Assembly (NCBI GenBank): GCA_902801795.1 | Contig: CADCJQ010000002.1 | Coordinates: 1,925 to 65,924 of the forward strand | Length of the DNA stretch: 64,000 bases | Origin: an uncultured Erysipelotrichaceae bacterium | GTDB lineage: Bacteria > Bacillota_I > Bacilli_A > RF39 > UBA660 | Direction: 5' to 3' | In this document: positions 19,614 to 29,094 of the stretch, in pieces | Layout: each line of letters begins with the position of its first letter | How positions within the stretch are numbered: position 1 is the first letter of the stretch | Made by a program: the position numbers and the translations under genes | Notes under the pieces: generated by a model | Database searches by the model: none | What the model saw: the letters and a program-made list of their open reading frames with translations, nothing else | Told to the model about the DNA's origin: nothing

Positions 19614-19646
19614 AACTATAAAGAGATTAACTTTATAGTTTTTTTA
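19614..19646 (+). terminator. Rho-independent terminator
   Basis: Perfect 10-bp stem aactataaag / ctttatagtt, 7-nt loop, T-run. Confidence 0.7.
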
Positions 19647-19728
19647 TATTGATTTTTGTTCGTAAAATTATGACAAGTTAATAATTCATAATTTCTTTTT
19701 GCTATATAATAAATTACAAGGTGAGTTT

Positions 19729-22014
19729 ATGCGTTGTTTATTATTTCGAAGAATGAATATTGAAGGGGTTAATTATTATCAATTATATAAAATAGATGAA
19801 AACTTTACACCTGATGAATCTTTTGGTGATTATGATAGTAGATTGGATAAGGAATTCTTTTATATTGAAGATAATAATGTTACTAGTGATAGTTTATATA
19901 CTTTGTTTTATGATAATGAGGAAGGTTATTTTGATGCTATGTCATTATCAGATGCAGAGATGTATGTCAAAATATTTAATGAATTTAAAAATAAATATCA
20001 TGATATTAATGGAACATTAGGTATTAAGGAAATAAAAGATACTGATGCTTTAGTTGATATTATAACTCAAAGAATAATGTTTGAAGAAGAAGGAATACGT
20101 GATCTTGTTGAAAGAATTTATACTAATGAATTGATTCTCGGAAGTAATTTACCTGATGAACTTAAAAAGATTCAAAAAAGAAATATTTTATTGCATGGTG
20201 CTTCAGGAACAGGTAAAAACACTATTGTTGATATTTTAAAAGATAATTTAGATTTTCCTTATGCTGATGTTAAGGTAGAAGTAAAAAGTCCCGAAACATT
20301 TTTAGAAAATATAAATTATGTAATACTTAAGATTATTTTAGGATTACTTGAATCATCTGAAAGAATAGCAAAATCTTCAGGGATGACTTCTAATACAGCA
20401 GATATTAGTAATGGTATTGTTTTTATTAGGGATAATTTTAAAGAATTACTTGAAGTATATAATAATAATCCGGATGTTTTTAGTGTATTAGATCAAATTA
20501 CCAAACAAGAAGTAATTGAGTATAAAGGTGTAAAAATAGATTTTAGTAAACTAACTTTTGTTATTTTATATAATGAATTATATCCTATGGATGATTATGA
20601 TTTAACTCGTCTTGGGGTATTATTTAATTGTCAATATCATGTTCCTATTAAGTCATTAACTAATAAACAAAAATATGAGTTATTATTAAGCCCTAATGGA
20701 AGAATTGTGCAATATGCTAATTTTTTGAATAAACATGGTAAAAAGTTTACTATTGATGAAACATATTTAAAAAAATTAATTAGAGAAACTGGTAAAGTGG
20801 ATAGAGGAATGAATACTTTAAATATGTTAATTGATATGTTAGTTAAGAAAAATATTGATACGGATATTCATGATGTTATTTTAGATAAAGAAAATTATGA
20901 ATTATTAATAAATTTTTTAGATACTAAAGAAGATGTTGGTAAAAAAGAAAATACTAATAAAAAAGATGTATTAGAAAATGTATTAAGTGTTGTCAAAGGT
21001 CAGGATGAGGCTGTCAAAAAATTAATTTATCACGTAAAAAAGAATTTAGAAATGGCAAATAAAAACGATTTAAAGTATCCTGAAAAGTATATTAAAAAAA
21101 TACTATTACATGGTGAAACGGGTAGTGGTAAATCATTATTACTTAATATGATTGCTAGAAACTTTGATGCTCCTATTTATATTGCCGATGCTACTAAATT
21201 TACTGAGAGTGGTTATGTAGGAAGTAGTATAAATGATATGCTATTAGGTTTATTAAGAGCAGCTCATGGCGATAAAGAAAAAGCTGAAAGAGGTATTTTG
21301 GTTATTGATGAAATTGATAAAAAAAGTAATGATGGTAATATGCAAGATATTTCAAGAGGGGCCGTGCAAAATGAATTATTAACATTATTTGATGGAGCGA
21401 CAATTGATATTACAACGAAAGATAATGAAGGAAATACAATAATGATTCCTTTTGATACATCAAGATTAACAATAATATGTTCGGGAGCTTTTGAAGATAT
21501 TGAAAAAATACGTGATCAAAGGATAAAAAAACAAAGTGGTGGTCTTGGATTTAGTAATGTTATTATTAATGATGACGAAAAGAAAATATCTTCTGATGAT
21601 TACGTTAAATATGGTATGATGAGACAATTAATGGGAAGAATGCCAATAATTATTTATTTAAATAAACATGATAAAGATTCAATAATTAATATTTCGAAAA
21701 ACTCACTTTTAAGTCCTTTGAAAATAGAAGAGAAAATAATTAATGAAGATGGTATTGAAGTAGAATATCGTGATGATTTTTATCCGAAGTTTGCTGATAA
21801 GGTTTTAAAACTTAAAATAGGGGCACGTGGAATTGAAAGAGCCTTACAAAATTTATTAAGTGATATTCATATTGAGAATATAAATAGTGATGAAGTATCT
21901 AAAATAATTTTTACAGGAGAATGTGTTGATAATCCAGAAAAAATTATTATTGTTCCCAGAATTAAAGAGAAAGTATATGTCAAGAAATTTACAAAACTAA
22001 CCAGAAAAAGTTAG
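19729..22014 (+). CDS. Tandem (duplicated) ClpX-like AAA+ ATPase lacking the N-terminal zinc-binding domain
   Basis: The second half is collinear with ClpX: LLHGETGSGKS, TESGYVGSSINDM, LVIDEIDK, RGAVQNELLTLFDG, IICSGAF, GLGF, MGRMP, GARGIERAL. The first half has Walker A (GASGTGKN) but no DE Walker B. ATG 19729 follows AAGGTGAG, so the track start 19699 is unlikely. Confidence 0.7.
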   Translation: MRCLLFRRMNIEGVNYYQLYKIDENFTPDESFGDYDSRLDKEFFYIEDNNVTSDSLYTLFYDNEEGYFDAMSLSDAEMYVKIFNEFKNKYHDINGTLGIKEIKDTDALVDIITQRIMFEEEGIRDLVERIYTNELILGSNLPDELKKIQKRNILLHGASGTGKNTIVDILKDNLDFPYADVKVEVKSPETFLENINYVILKIILGLLESSERIAKSSGMTSNTADISNGIVFIRDNFKELLEVYNNNPDVFSVLDQITKQEVIEYKGVKIDFSKLTFVILYNELYPMDDYDLTRLGVLFNCQYHVPIKSLTNKQKYELLLSPNGRIVQYANFLNKHGKKFTIDETYLKKLIRETGKVDRGMNTLNMLIDMLVKKNIDTDIHDVILDKENYELLINFLDTKEDVGKKENTNKKDVLENVLSVVKGQDEAVKKLIYHVKKNLEMANKNDLKYPEKYIKKILLHGETGSGKSLLLNMIARNFDAPIYIADATKFTESGYVGSSINDMLLGLLRAAHGDKEKAERGILVIDEIDKKSNDGNMQDISRGAVQNELLTLFDGATIDITTKDNEGNTIMIPFDTSRLTIICSGAFEDIEKIRDQRIKKQSGGLGFSNVIINDDEKKISSDDYVKYGMMRQLMGRMPIIIYLNKHDKDSIINISKNSLLSPLKIEEKIINEDGIEVEYRDDFYPKFADKVLKLKIGARGIERALQNLLSDIHIENINSDEVSKIIFTGECVDNPEKIIIVPRIKEKVYVKKFTKLTRKS

Positions 22015-22089
22015 TTTTTTCTTTAAAATATAAAAAAACATGTTATAATAAAAATAGATAAATAATAAAAAAATTGGATAGGTGATAAA

Positions 22090-23517
22090 ATGAAGACAAT
22101 TCTTTTTTTGATTAATGGATTTGGTACTGAGGCTAAGGGCTCTTATTCTGTATATGATAGTGATACGATGCCTAATTTTGATAAACTAATGAAAAAATAT
22201 ATGTTTTCTACATTACATACGGATGTAAAAAATATTAATGATGGTTATCGAAATATGAGTTTAGAAGTAAATGGATTATATAATTATGATATATATTCAA
22301 GAGAAGCTGTAGAAAATAAAATAGTAAATAATGAAACATATTTAGATATCCAGAAAGAACTTAATGAAAGAAAAAGTAAATTACATTTATTTTGCTTTGT
22401 TGATACATCCATTAAAATAGTTGAGAATTTAAAAGATTTTTTAAAAAATATTAATAAAGAAAAAGATAAGAAAATCTTCTTACATTTAGTATTAGCAAGT
22501 AATAATTATGAAGATTATCCTAGTATTCAAGAAGTATTAAGTAAAATAAATATTGAATTACAAGGTTATGCTACTATTGGAATGGTTTTAGGACTTTCTA
22601 ATATTTTAAATAGTACGTCTCAAGTTGATATGAACTTTTTCTTACGTAATATGATAACAGAACTTGGTGAAAAGTGGCAGTCATTTAAACAAAAACTAGA
22701 TGTTAATTATGGGATGAAAACGGCTCCTATTTTAACAAAACCATTTGTTGTAAATACGGGATTTAGTATTGGAAATAATGATATGTTTATGATTTGGAAT
22801 TATGATAATATTGATATTTCAAATTTTATAGATAGTGTTAAAAGTATCGATTATAAAGAAGTACCTAATAGTATAAAATTTTATTCATTATTTCCAATAA
22901 CTTATAAAGAAACAATACCATTTATTTTACATTTTGAGGTTGCTAAACGTTCTCTTGCTAGCAATATGAAAGGTTTAGGATTTAAAAGTGTTGTCATGGC
23001 TAAGAAAAGTGATATTAGTGGTATTAACTATTATTTAAATGGAATGGAAATGGTTAATAATCCAGATATTACTTATATTGGTATTGAAGATGTTTTATAT
23101 AATAAAGAAATGATGGTTAATTTAATAAATCAATACACACAAGAATTAATAATTATTAATTATGATGTTATTGATGCTAAAAGTATTGAAGAATTAAAAG
23201 AAAATTTAAATAAAATAGATAGTGTATTAGGGGCAATATATGATAATACAGAGAAAAATAGTTACAATATTATTGTTTCATCTTTATATACTATTGATAA
23301 AGTATTAGAAAATAAAAATGGTGAAATATGTAATGTATTATATTCTAAAGTACCAATAATTTATGCTGATAACTTTATTACAAAGAAAACTCATTTAATA
23401 AATGATGGCAATATAAGTGAATTATTGAAAGTATGTTATAAAAGTATTAATAAAAAATATCCTGGTACAACAATAATTGAAAGAAAAAACTTTTTATATC
23501 GTTTGATTTTTAAATAG
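22090..23517 (+). CDS. Cofactor-independent phosphoglycerate mutase (iPGM)-like protein with substituted catalytic positions; function unknown
   Basis: 475 aa. Collinear blocks resemble GpmI: ILFLINGFG...MPNFDKL, KLHLFCFVD, DMFMIWNYDN, IIINYDVIDA, NIIVSSLYT. The Asp/Ser/His metal and phospho-acceptor positions appear replaced. Confidence 0.4.
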   Translation: MKTILFLINGFGTEAKGSYSVYDSDTMPNFDKLMKKYMFSTLHTDVKNINDGYRNMSLEVNGLYNYDIYSREAVENKIVNNETYLDIQKELNERKSKLHLFCFVDTSIKIVENLKDFLKNINKEKDKKIFLHLVLASNNYEDYPSIQEVLSKINIELQGYATIGMVLGLSNILNSTSQVDMNFFLRNMITELGEKWQSFKQKLDVNYGMKTAPILTKPFVVNTGFSIGNNDMFMIWNYDNIDISNFIDSVKSIDYKEVPNSIKFYSLFPITYKETIPFILHFEVAKRSLASNMKGLGFKSVVMAKKSDISGINYYLNGMEMVNNPDITYIGIEDVLYNKEMMVNLINQYTQELIIINYDVIDAKSIEELKENLNKIDSVLGAIYDNTEKNSYNIIVSSLYTIDKVLENKNGEICNVLYSKVPIIYADNFITKKTHLINDGNISELLKVCYKSINKKYPGTTIIERKNFLYRLIFK

Positions 23518-23524
23518 GTGTTAT

Positions 23525-25021
23525 ATGAGAAATAAGTTAACTGATAATTTATATGAAGCGTTTATGGCGATAATGCCAGTTACTTTAGTTATTATGGTAT
23601 TAAGTAATTTAATTATGCTCCCTATTGAAGTTATTATTTCTTTTGCAATAAGTTCCATACTATTAATTTTTGGTATGGCTTTCTTTACACTAGGGGCTGA
23701 TATGTCCATGATTGTTATTGGAAAAAATATTGGTGATTATTTAGTTAAAAAAGGGCATAAATTACTAATATTGTTTGTTAGTTTAATATTGGGAATTGTA
23801 ATAACTTTATCGGAGCCAGACTTGAATGTTTTTGCAAAAGAAATAACTGCGATACCTAGTAATTTAATTATATGGCTTGTATCTTTAGGTATTGGTATTT
23901 TCTTAATGATAGGTGTGTATCGTATTATTAAAAAAGTATCTTTTAGAAAAATTATTACTTTAATAATATTTATTATTTTTGGATTATTATTTATTGTTCC
24001 TCAAGAATTTATTAGTATTGCTTTTGATGGAGGAGCGGTTACTACCGGACCTGTTGGTGTACCACTTATTTTAGCTCTTGGTTATGGTATTACTAAAATT
24101 AGAAGTGACAATGATGCTAAAAGTGATAGTTTTGGATTATGTGGCTTAGCATCTTTAGGTCCTATAGTAGTTATTTTGCTTTTAGGATTATTCTTTAAAC
24201 CTGATAATTTTTTTGATACATCATCTTTTACAAGTAATTTATCTCTTTTTAGTCAATTTATGAGAAATTTATTTAGTAGTTTTAAAGATGTTTTAATATC
24301 TCTTTTACCAATTGTTGGAGTATTTATTATTTATCAATTAATTAGTAAAAAAATGAAAAACAATGATATCGTTAAAATAGTTGTAGGATTTATTTTTGTG
24401 ATTGTTGGACTAACTATTTTCTTAACAGGTGTTTCGACAGGATTTATGCAAACAGGATATAATATTGGAAAAGTTATTGCTGGTAGTAATTATAAATATT
24501 TGTTAGTACCTATAGGGATGATAATGGGGTATATTATTATTAATGCGGAGCCGGCAGTTAAAATCCTTAATAAACAAATATCGGATTTAACTGAAGGTAG
24601 TATTAGTGAAAAAATGATTAATTTATGTTTATCCATTGGTGTTTGTATTGCTATTGGATTATCTTTATTACGAATTATTTTTCATTTTTCAATTATTTAT
24701 ATTGTAGTACCAGGATATCTATTGGTTCTTTACTTAATGTATCGAACACCAAGAATGTTTATGACTATTGCTTTTGATTCAGGAGGAGCCGCTAGTGGAG
24801 CGATGACAACATCATTTCTTTTACCTTTGTGTATTGGTACTTGTGAAGTTTTAGGAGGTAATATTTTAGTTGATGCTTTTGGTGTAGGGGCATTAGTTGG
24901 TTTATCACCAATTATAATGATTCAATTATTAGGTGTTGTTTATGATTATAAATTAAAGAAGAAAGATAAAAAAGTATTTGATGAAGAAATTGTGGATTTT
25001 CTTTGGGAGGCAAACTCATGA
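23525..25021 (+). CDS. DUF1538-type membrane protein (two fused DUF1538 repeats)
   Basis: 498 aa, polytopic. AFDGGAVTTGPVGVPL and AFDSGGAASGAMTT repeat motifs. Confidence 0.7.
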   Translation: MRNKLTDNLYEAFMAIMPVTLVIMVLSNLIMLPIEVIISFAISSILLIFGMAFFTLGADMSMIVIGKNIGDYLVKKGHKLLILFVSLILGIVITLSEPDLNVFAKEITAIPSNLIIWLVSLGIGIFLMIGVYRIIKKVSFRKIITLIIFIIFGLLFIVPQEFISIAFDGGAVTTGPVGVPLILALGYGITKIRSDNDAKSDSFGLCGLASLGPIVVILLLGLFFKPDNFFDTSSFTSNLSLFSQFMRNLFSSFKDVLISLLPIVGVFIIYQLISKKMKNNDIVKIVVGFIFVIVGLTIFLTGVSTGFMQTGYNIGKVIAGSNYKYLLVPIGMIMGYIIINAEPAVKILNKQISDLTEGSISEKMINLCLSIGVCIAIGLSLLRIIFHFSIIYIVVPGYLLVLYLMYRTPRMFMTIAFDSGGAASGAMTTSFLLPLCIGTCEVLGGNILVDAFGVGALVGLSPIIMIQLLGVVYDYKLKKKDKKVFDEEIVDFLWEANS

Positions 25022-25659
25022 ATTTGAAATTATTGTTTGTCATAAGTAATGAAGAAACTAAATTAATTAGTTTAACTGAAAAATATGAACTTCCTTTTAA
25101 TACTTTAATGCATGGTGATGGAACTGCAAGTCAAGGAATTTTAGATTTTTTAGGGTTAAAGAAAACCAAAAAAAATATTTTATTATCAATTATACCGGAT
25201 GTTATCGAAAAAGAAATAATTAATTATTTGAAAGATAAAACGAAAATTAAGGAAATTGGTCGAGGTATTGCATTTACAGTACCATTATCAAGTGCATCAA
25301 AATATGTTATGGAACCATTTAAAAATGTCAAGGGAGAACGAAATATGGAAAAGTCAAATTATCATTTATTAATAACCATTACGGATGAAGGTAATGCGGA
25401 GAAAATAATGAATACTGCCAAAAAGAATGGAGCAAATGGCGGTACTCTTATTAAGGGAAGAAGTATTGGTTTTAATAATACTTTTAAACTCTTTAATTTA
25501 ACGGTAGAACCAGAAAAAGATATTATTTTAATTGTTTGTAAAGATGATGAAAGAAAGAAGATTATGGAAGGTATTTTGAATAAAAATGGTATGAATACTG
25601 ATTATAAAAGTATGTGTTTTTCCCTTCCTATTGATAGTACAATTGGTATTGACGAATAA
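25018..25659 (+). CDS. P-II-like regulatory protein (two tandem P-II-like halves), the usual partner of DUF1538 proteins
   Basis: ATG 25018 follows GGGAGG and overlaps the upstream stop (ATGA). Context (a P-II-family gene commonly follows DUF1538) plus GGTLIKGRS and GIAFTVPL-type motifs. Confidence 0.5.
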   Translation: MNLKLLFVISNEETKLISLTEKYELPFNTLMHGDGTASQGILDFLGLKKTKKNILLSIIPDVIEKEIINYLKDKTKIKEIGRGIAFTVPLSSASKYVMEPFKNVKGERNMEKSNYHLLITITDEGNAEKIMNTAKKNGANGGTLIKGRSIGFNNTFKLFNLTVEPEKDIILIVCKDDERKKIMEGILNKNGMNTDYKSMCFSLPIDSTIGIDE

Positions 25660-25702
25660 TGTCAAATTATCTGTCAAATAGAAAAAATAATTTTTGATTT
25701 AA

Positions 25703-25737
25703 TTGACATTAAAAGAAATAAATAGTATATTTATAAT
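25703..25737 (+). promoter_or_regulatory. Candidate orphan promoter
   Basis: TTGACA, 17 nt, TATATT (a TATAAT is adjacent), in a 486-nt intergenic gap. Confidence 0.35.
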
Positions 25738-25909
25738 GAGTCCATTGATGATTGAATAATAAAAATTCATAAATAACTCTAATATCGATTTAATGATAAA
25801 TAGTGATTGGAAATTATTTAATAAAAAATTATTCATTAATTAAAATGTTTATGTACTCAGAACTCATACTTCGGTAGAGACATAAATTATAATTAGTGTA
25901 GGAGGTGAT

Positions 25910-25963
25910 TTGCCGGTTATTGAAAATAAAGGAAATCTCTTAATTTACACTAGTAGTTGTTAA
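25910..25963 (+). other. Candidate 17-codon small ORF (MPVIENKGNLLIYTSSC)
   Basis: AGGAGG lies 5 nt upstream of TTG. The ORF sits between the candidate promoter at 25703 and the terminator at 26030. Confidence 0.25.
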
Positions 25964-26029
25964 TGATTTCCCTTATTGTAATAATTAGTGAAAGTAATTA
26001 TTATATCAATAAAGGTAATGATAATAAAA

Positions 26030-26062
26030 ACGTGCATATTACGTATAATGCATGTTTTTTTT
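26030..26062 (+). terminator. Rho-independent terminator
   Basis: acgtgcat / atgcatgt 8-bp stem (one G-U pair) followed by T7. Confidence 0.55.
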
Positions 26063-26145
26063 AAACTTTTATTGTAATTTGTGAAAAAGGTTGACAAATA
26101 ATGAAATAAGTTTATAATAGTATTGATTTGTGTTAAGGAGTAAAT

Positions 26146-26769
26146 ATGGGAAATTTAATTGCAAAAATTGTGTTAACTGGAGGTCCTTGTGCTGGTAAAA
26201 CAACTACTATTGATAGGATTGAAGAACATTTAGTTAAAAAAGGTTATCACGTATTAGTACTTAATGAATGTGCAACAGAAATGATTAAAGGTGGAATTAG
26301 ACCTTTTGGAAATCATGCTGCAACAGTGTATGATTTTGAAAATGAGGTTTTAAATTTACAATTATATAAGGAAAAAAGATATAAAGATTTTTTAAGTAAT
26401 TATCGTGATGATGAAAAAATAATTATTTTATATGATCGAGGAACTGTTGATGTTAAAGCCTATTTAGGGGAAGAAAAATACCAAAGAATGCTAGAAGAAA
26501 ATAATTTGAATCATCAAGAATTACTTGATGAATATGATTTAGTTATTCATATGACAACAGTAGCGGCTAATATGGAAAATCGTTATTCTAATAGTAATAA
26601 TACTGCAAGATTTGAAGATTCTCAAGAAGCAATTGATGTTGATAATAAAATTACAAAAGCTTGGGCAGGTCACCATAATTTAAAAGTTGTTCCTGTATGT
26701 GAATTATTAGAAGAAAAAATAGAAAAAGCTATTCAATGTGTTGATGAATTATTAGAAAATAATAAATAA
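26146..26769 (+). CDS. AAA_28-type P-loop NTPase (NadR-kinase-like ATPase)
   Basis: 207 aa. IVLTGGPCAGKTT P-loop. Preceded by TTGACA, 16 nt, TATAAT at about 26091-26118. Confidence 0.55.
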   Translation: MGNLIAKIVLTGGPCAGKTTTIDRIEEHLVKKGYHVLVLNECATEMIKGGIRPFGNHAATVYDFENEVLNLQLYKEKRYKDFLSNYRDDEKIIILYDRGTVDVKAYLGEEKYQRMLEENNLNHQELLDEYDLVIHMTTVAANMENRYSNSNNTARFEDSQEAIDVDNKITKAWAGHHNLKVVPVCELLEEKIEKAIQCVDELLENNK

Positions 26770-26883
26770 AGTTATGTTTTTACATAATTTTTTTTCATAT
26801 TGAATTAATTTTTGGATTATGTTATTATTTCATTGTATTATTATGAATATTATTGTTCATAAAATATTAGTAAGAAGGTGTTT

Positions 26884-28293
26884 ATGAAAAAATTAAATGA
26901 ATTATATGAAGGATATCCTAGTATTTTAATAAAAGATATTAAAATAAATTCAAAAGATGTTCAAGAAGGGGATTTATTTGTTTGTGTAAAAGGAGTAACT
27001 AAAGATCGTCATGATTATGTTCTTGATGCTATTAATAATGGTGCAGTTGCTATTGTGGCAAGCAAAAAAATTAATGTATCAGTACCAGTTATTTATGTTG
27101 ATGATTGTAATCTTGAACTTGCTAAAATAACAAGTAAGTTTTATGATTATCCTGAACAAAAGTTATCTTTAATTGGAATAACAGGAACTAATGGTAAAAC
27201 AACAACTGCTTCAATTATTCAAGATTTAATGGGGAAAAAAATCTGTGGTTATATAGGAACTAATGGTATTAGTTGTTCTTTATTTAATGAGAAAATTCGT
27301 AATACAACGCCTGATGCTGATCGTTTATATAAGTATTTTAATCGTTTTGTTGAAGCAGATTGTAAGTATGTAGCGATGGAGACATCAAGTGAAGCTTTTC
27401 TTCGTGGAAGACTTTCTAATTTAACTTTTAAAATAGGAGTAGTAACTAATGTAACGGAAGATCATTTAAATGTTCATAAAACCATAGAAAATTATATTGA
27501 ATGTAAAAAGAATTTAGTAAAACAAGTTAGTGATGATGGATATTGTATTTTAAATATTGATGATAAATATTATGAAGAATTTAAAAAAGTATCTAAAGGT
27601 AAAATATTAACTTATGGTTTAAAAGAAAGTACTTTGAGGATTTTGAAAATGAAATTTTATCTTGATAAAACTGAAGTAGTATTAAAATATCAAGATAAAG
27701 AATATAATATTATTTCACCATTATTAGGAGAATTTAATGTTTATAATTTATGTGCGGGGATTTTATCGTTACTTGCTTTAAATTATAATATTAATGAAAT
27801 AATCAATAATGTTTCTGGTATTCAAATACCTAAAGGTAGAATGCAAGAAGTTGATTTTGGACAAAAATATCATATTATTATTGATTATGCGCATACTACG
27901 GATGCCTTTATTAAAATATATAGTTTGTTAGATAAAATAAAAATTGGAAGAATAATTACAGTTACAGGTAGCGCCGGTGGAAGAGAACATGAAAAAAGAC
28001 CAAGTATGGGGAAAGTGGTCTTAGATAATTCGGATTATGTTATTTTTACCATGGATGATCCAAGAGGGGAAGATGTTAACGAAATAATCAATGATTTAGT
28101 AAGTGAAAGTACTAAAACTAATTATGAAAGAGTTATCAATCGTTCTCTTGCAATAAAAAAAGCCCTTGATATGGCAGAGGATAATGATATCATTTTAATC
28201 GCTGGTAAAGGTGATGATAATTATATGGCTATAGGTAATGATTATTTACCATACAGGGATTATGATGTTATTAAGGAGTATTTTAAAAACTAG
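26884..28293 (+). CDS. murE: UDP-N-acetylmuramoyl-L-alanyl-D-glutamate--(Lys/DAP) ligase MurE
   Basis: GITGTNGKTTT P-loop, the Mur ligase central and C-terminal domains, and DDPRGED. ATG 26884 follows GAAGGTG. Confidence 0.9.
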   Translation: MKKLNELYEGYPSILIKDIKINSKDVQEGDLFVCVKGVTKDRHDYVLDAINNGAVAIVASKKINVSVPVIYVDDCNLELAKITSKFYDYPEQKLSLIGITGTNGKTTTASIIQDLMGKKICGYIGTNGISCSLFNEKIRNTTPDADRLYKYFNRFVEADCKYVAMETSSEAFLRGRLSNLTFKIGVVTNVTEDHLNVHKTIENYIECKKNLVKQVSDDGYCILNIDDKYYEEFKKVSKGKILTYGLKESTLRILKMKFYLDKTEVVLKYQDKEYNIISPLLGEFNVYNLCAGILSLLALNYNINEIINNVSGIQIPKGRMQEVDFGQKYHIIIDYAHTTDAFIKIYSLLDKIKIGRIITVTGSAGGREHEKRPSMGKVVLDNSDYVIFTMDDPRGEDVNEIINDLVSESTKTNYERVINRSLAIKKALDMAEDNDIILIAGKGDDNYMAIGNDYLPYRDYDVIKEYFKN

Positions 28294-28297
28294 TTTT

Positions 28298-28993
28298 CTA
28301 GTTTTTTTCATTATTAATATATTTTAAGATTTCAATAACTAAGTTATCTTTTTTTGTATTAGAGATTATTTTGTTAAATTTATATTTTCCAAATCTTCTA
28401 ATAGAGAAAGTATCTCCTGGTTTTAAGACAATACTATTATCTTTTAATAAATCATAATTATAAATGATTTTCTTTTCTTTTATTAATTCCTTAACTTTTT
28501 CACGATTGGTGTGGATAATTTTTGCAATAACAGAATCAATTCTTAAACTAGAATTAATAATAGTAATTGGTAAAAAACTTGGTTCATAATCATTTAAATA
28601 ATTAATATCTTGGGTTATTAATGAAATATTATTTTTACCGATTTTTGTAAATTCCATTTCAAAATAAGTTTTCATATTTTGAAATGTATAAAAATAATAA
28701 TGATTATCGTGAATAATAATATCACCAAATAAATTATCTTCTATTCCTAAACTATATAAAGAGCCTAAAATATCTTGATGTTTTATATTAACTGAAATAA
28801 TTATTTCAAATAAAATTAATGAAGGAATATCTTTTAAATAAATAATATTTTTTTCTGATGATTCATAAGGTTTGTAAATATTATAAGTGTTTTTCTTTAA
28901 ATGATTAGTTACATCCTTTAATTCTTTTGGATTTAAAAAATAAGTATATCCATCACTATATAATTTATTAATTGTTTTTTCAATAAAATACAT
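28298..28993 (-). CDS. ylmH: YlmH-like RNA-binding protein with a C-terminal S4 domain
   Basis: C-terminal S4-like RIDSVIAKI...KPGDTFSIRRFGKYKF. Likely start is MYFIEK rather than the track start. Confidence 0.45.
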   Translation of the reverse strand: MYFIEKTINKLYSDGYTYFLNPKELKDVTNHLKKNTYNIYKPYESSEKNIIYLKDIPSLILFEIIISVNIKHQDILGSLYSLGIEDNLFGDIIIHDNHYYFYTFQNMKTYFEMEFTKIGKNNISLITQDINYLNDYEPSFLPITIINSSLRIDSVIAKIIHTNREKVKELIKEKKIIYNYDLLKDNSIVLKPGDTFSIRRFGKYKFNKIISNTKKDNLVIEILKYINNEKN

Positions 28994-29094
28994 AATATCA
29001 CCAAAACAAGTATAACATGAATTCAAAGATAAAATCTCAAAAAGTGTATTTACATCATCTTTATTTTGTGATAAATTATAATAGTTGGTGTATT

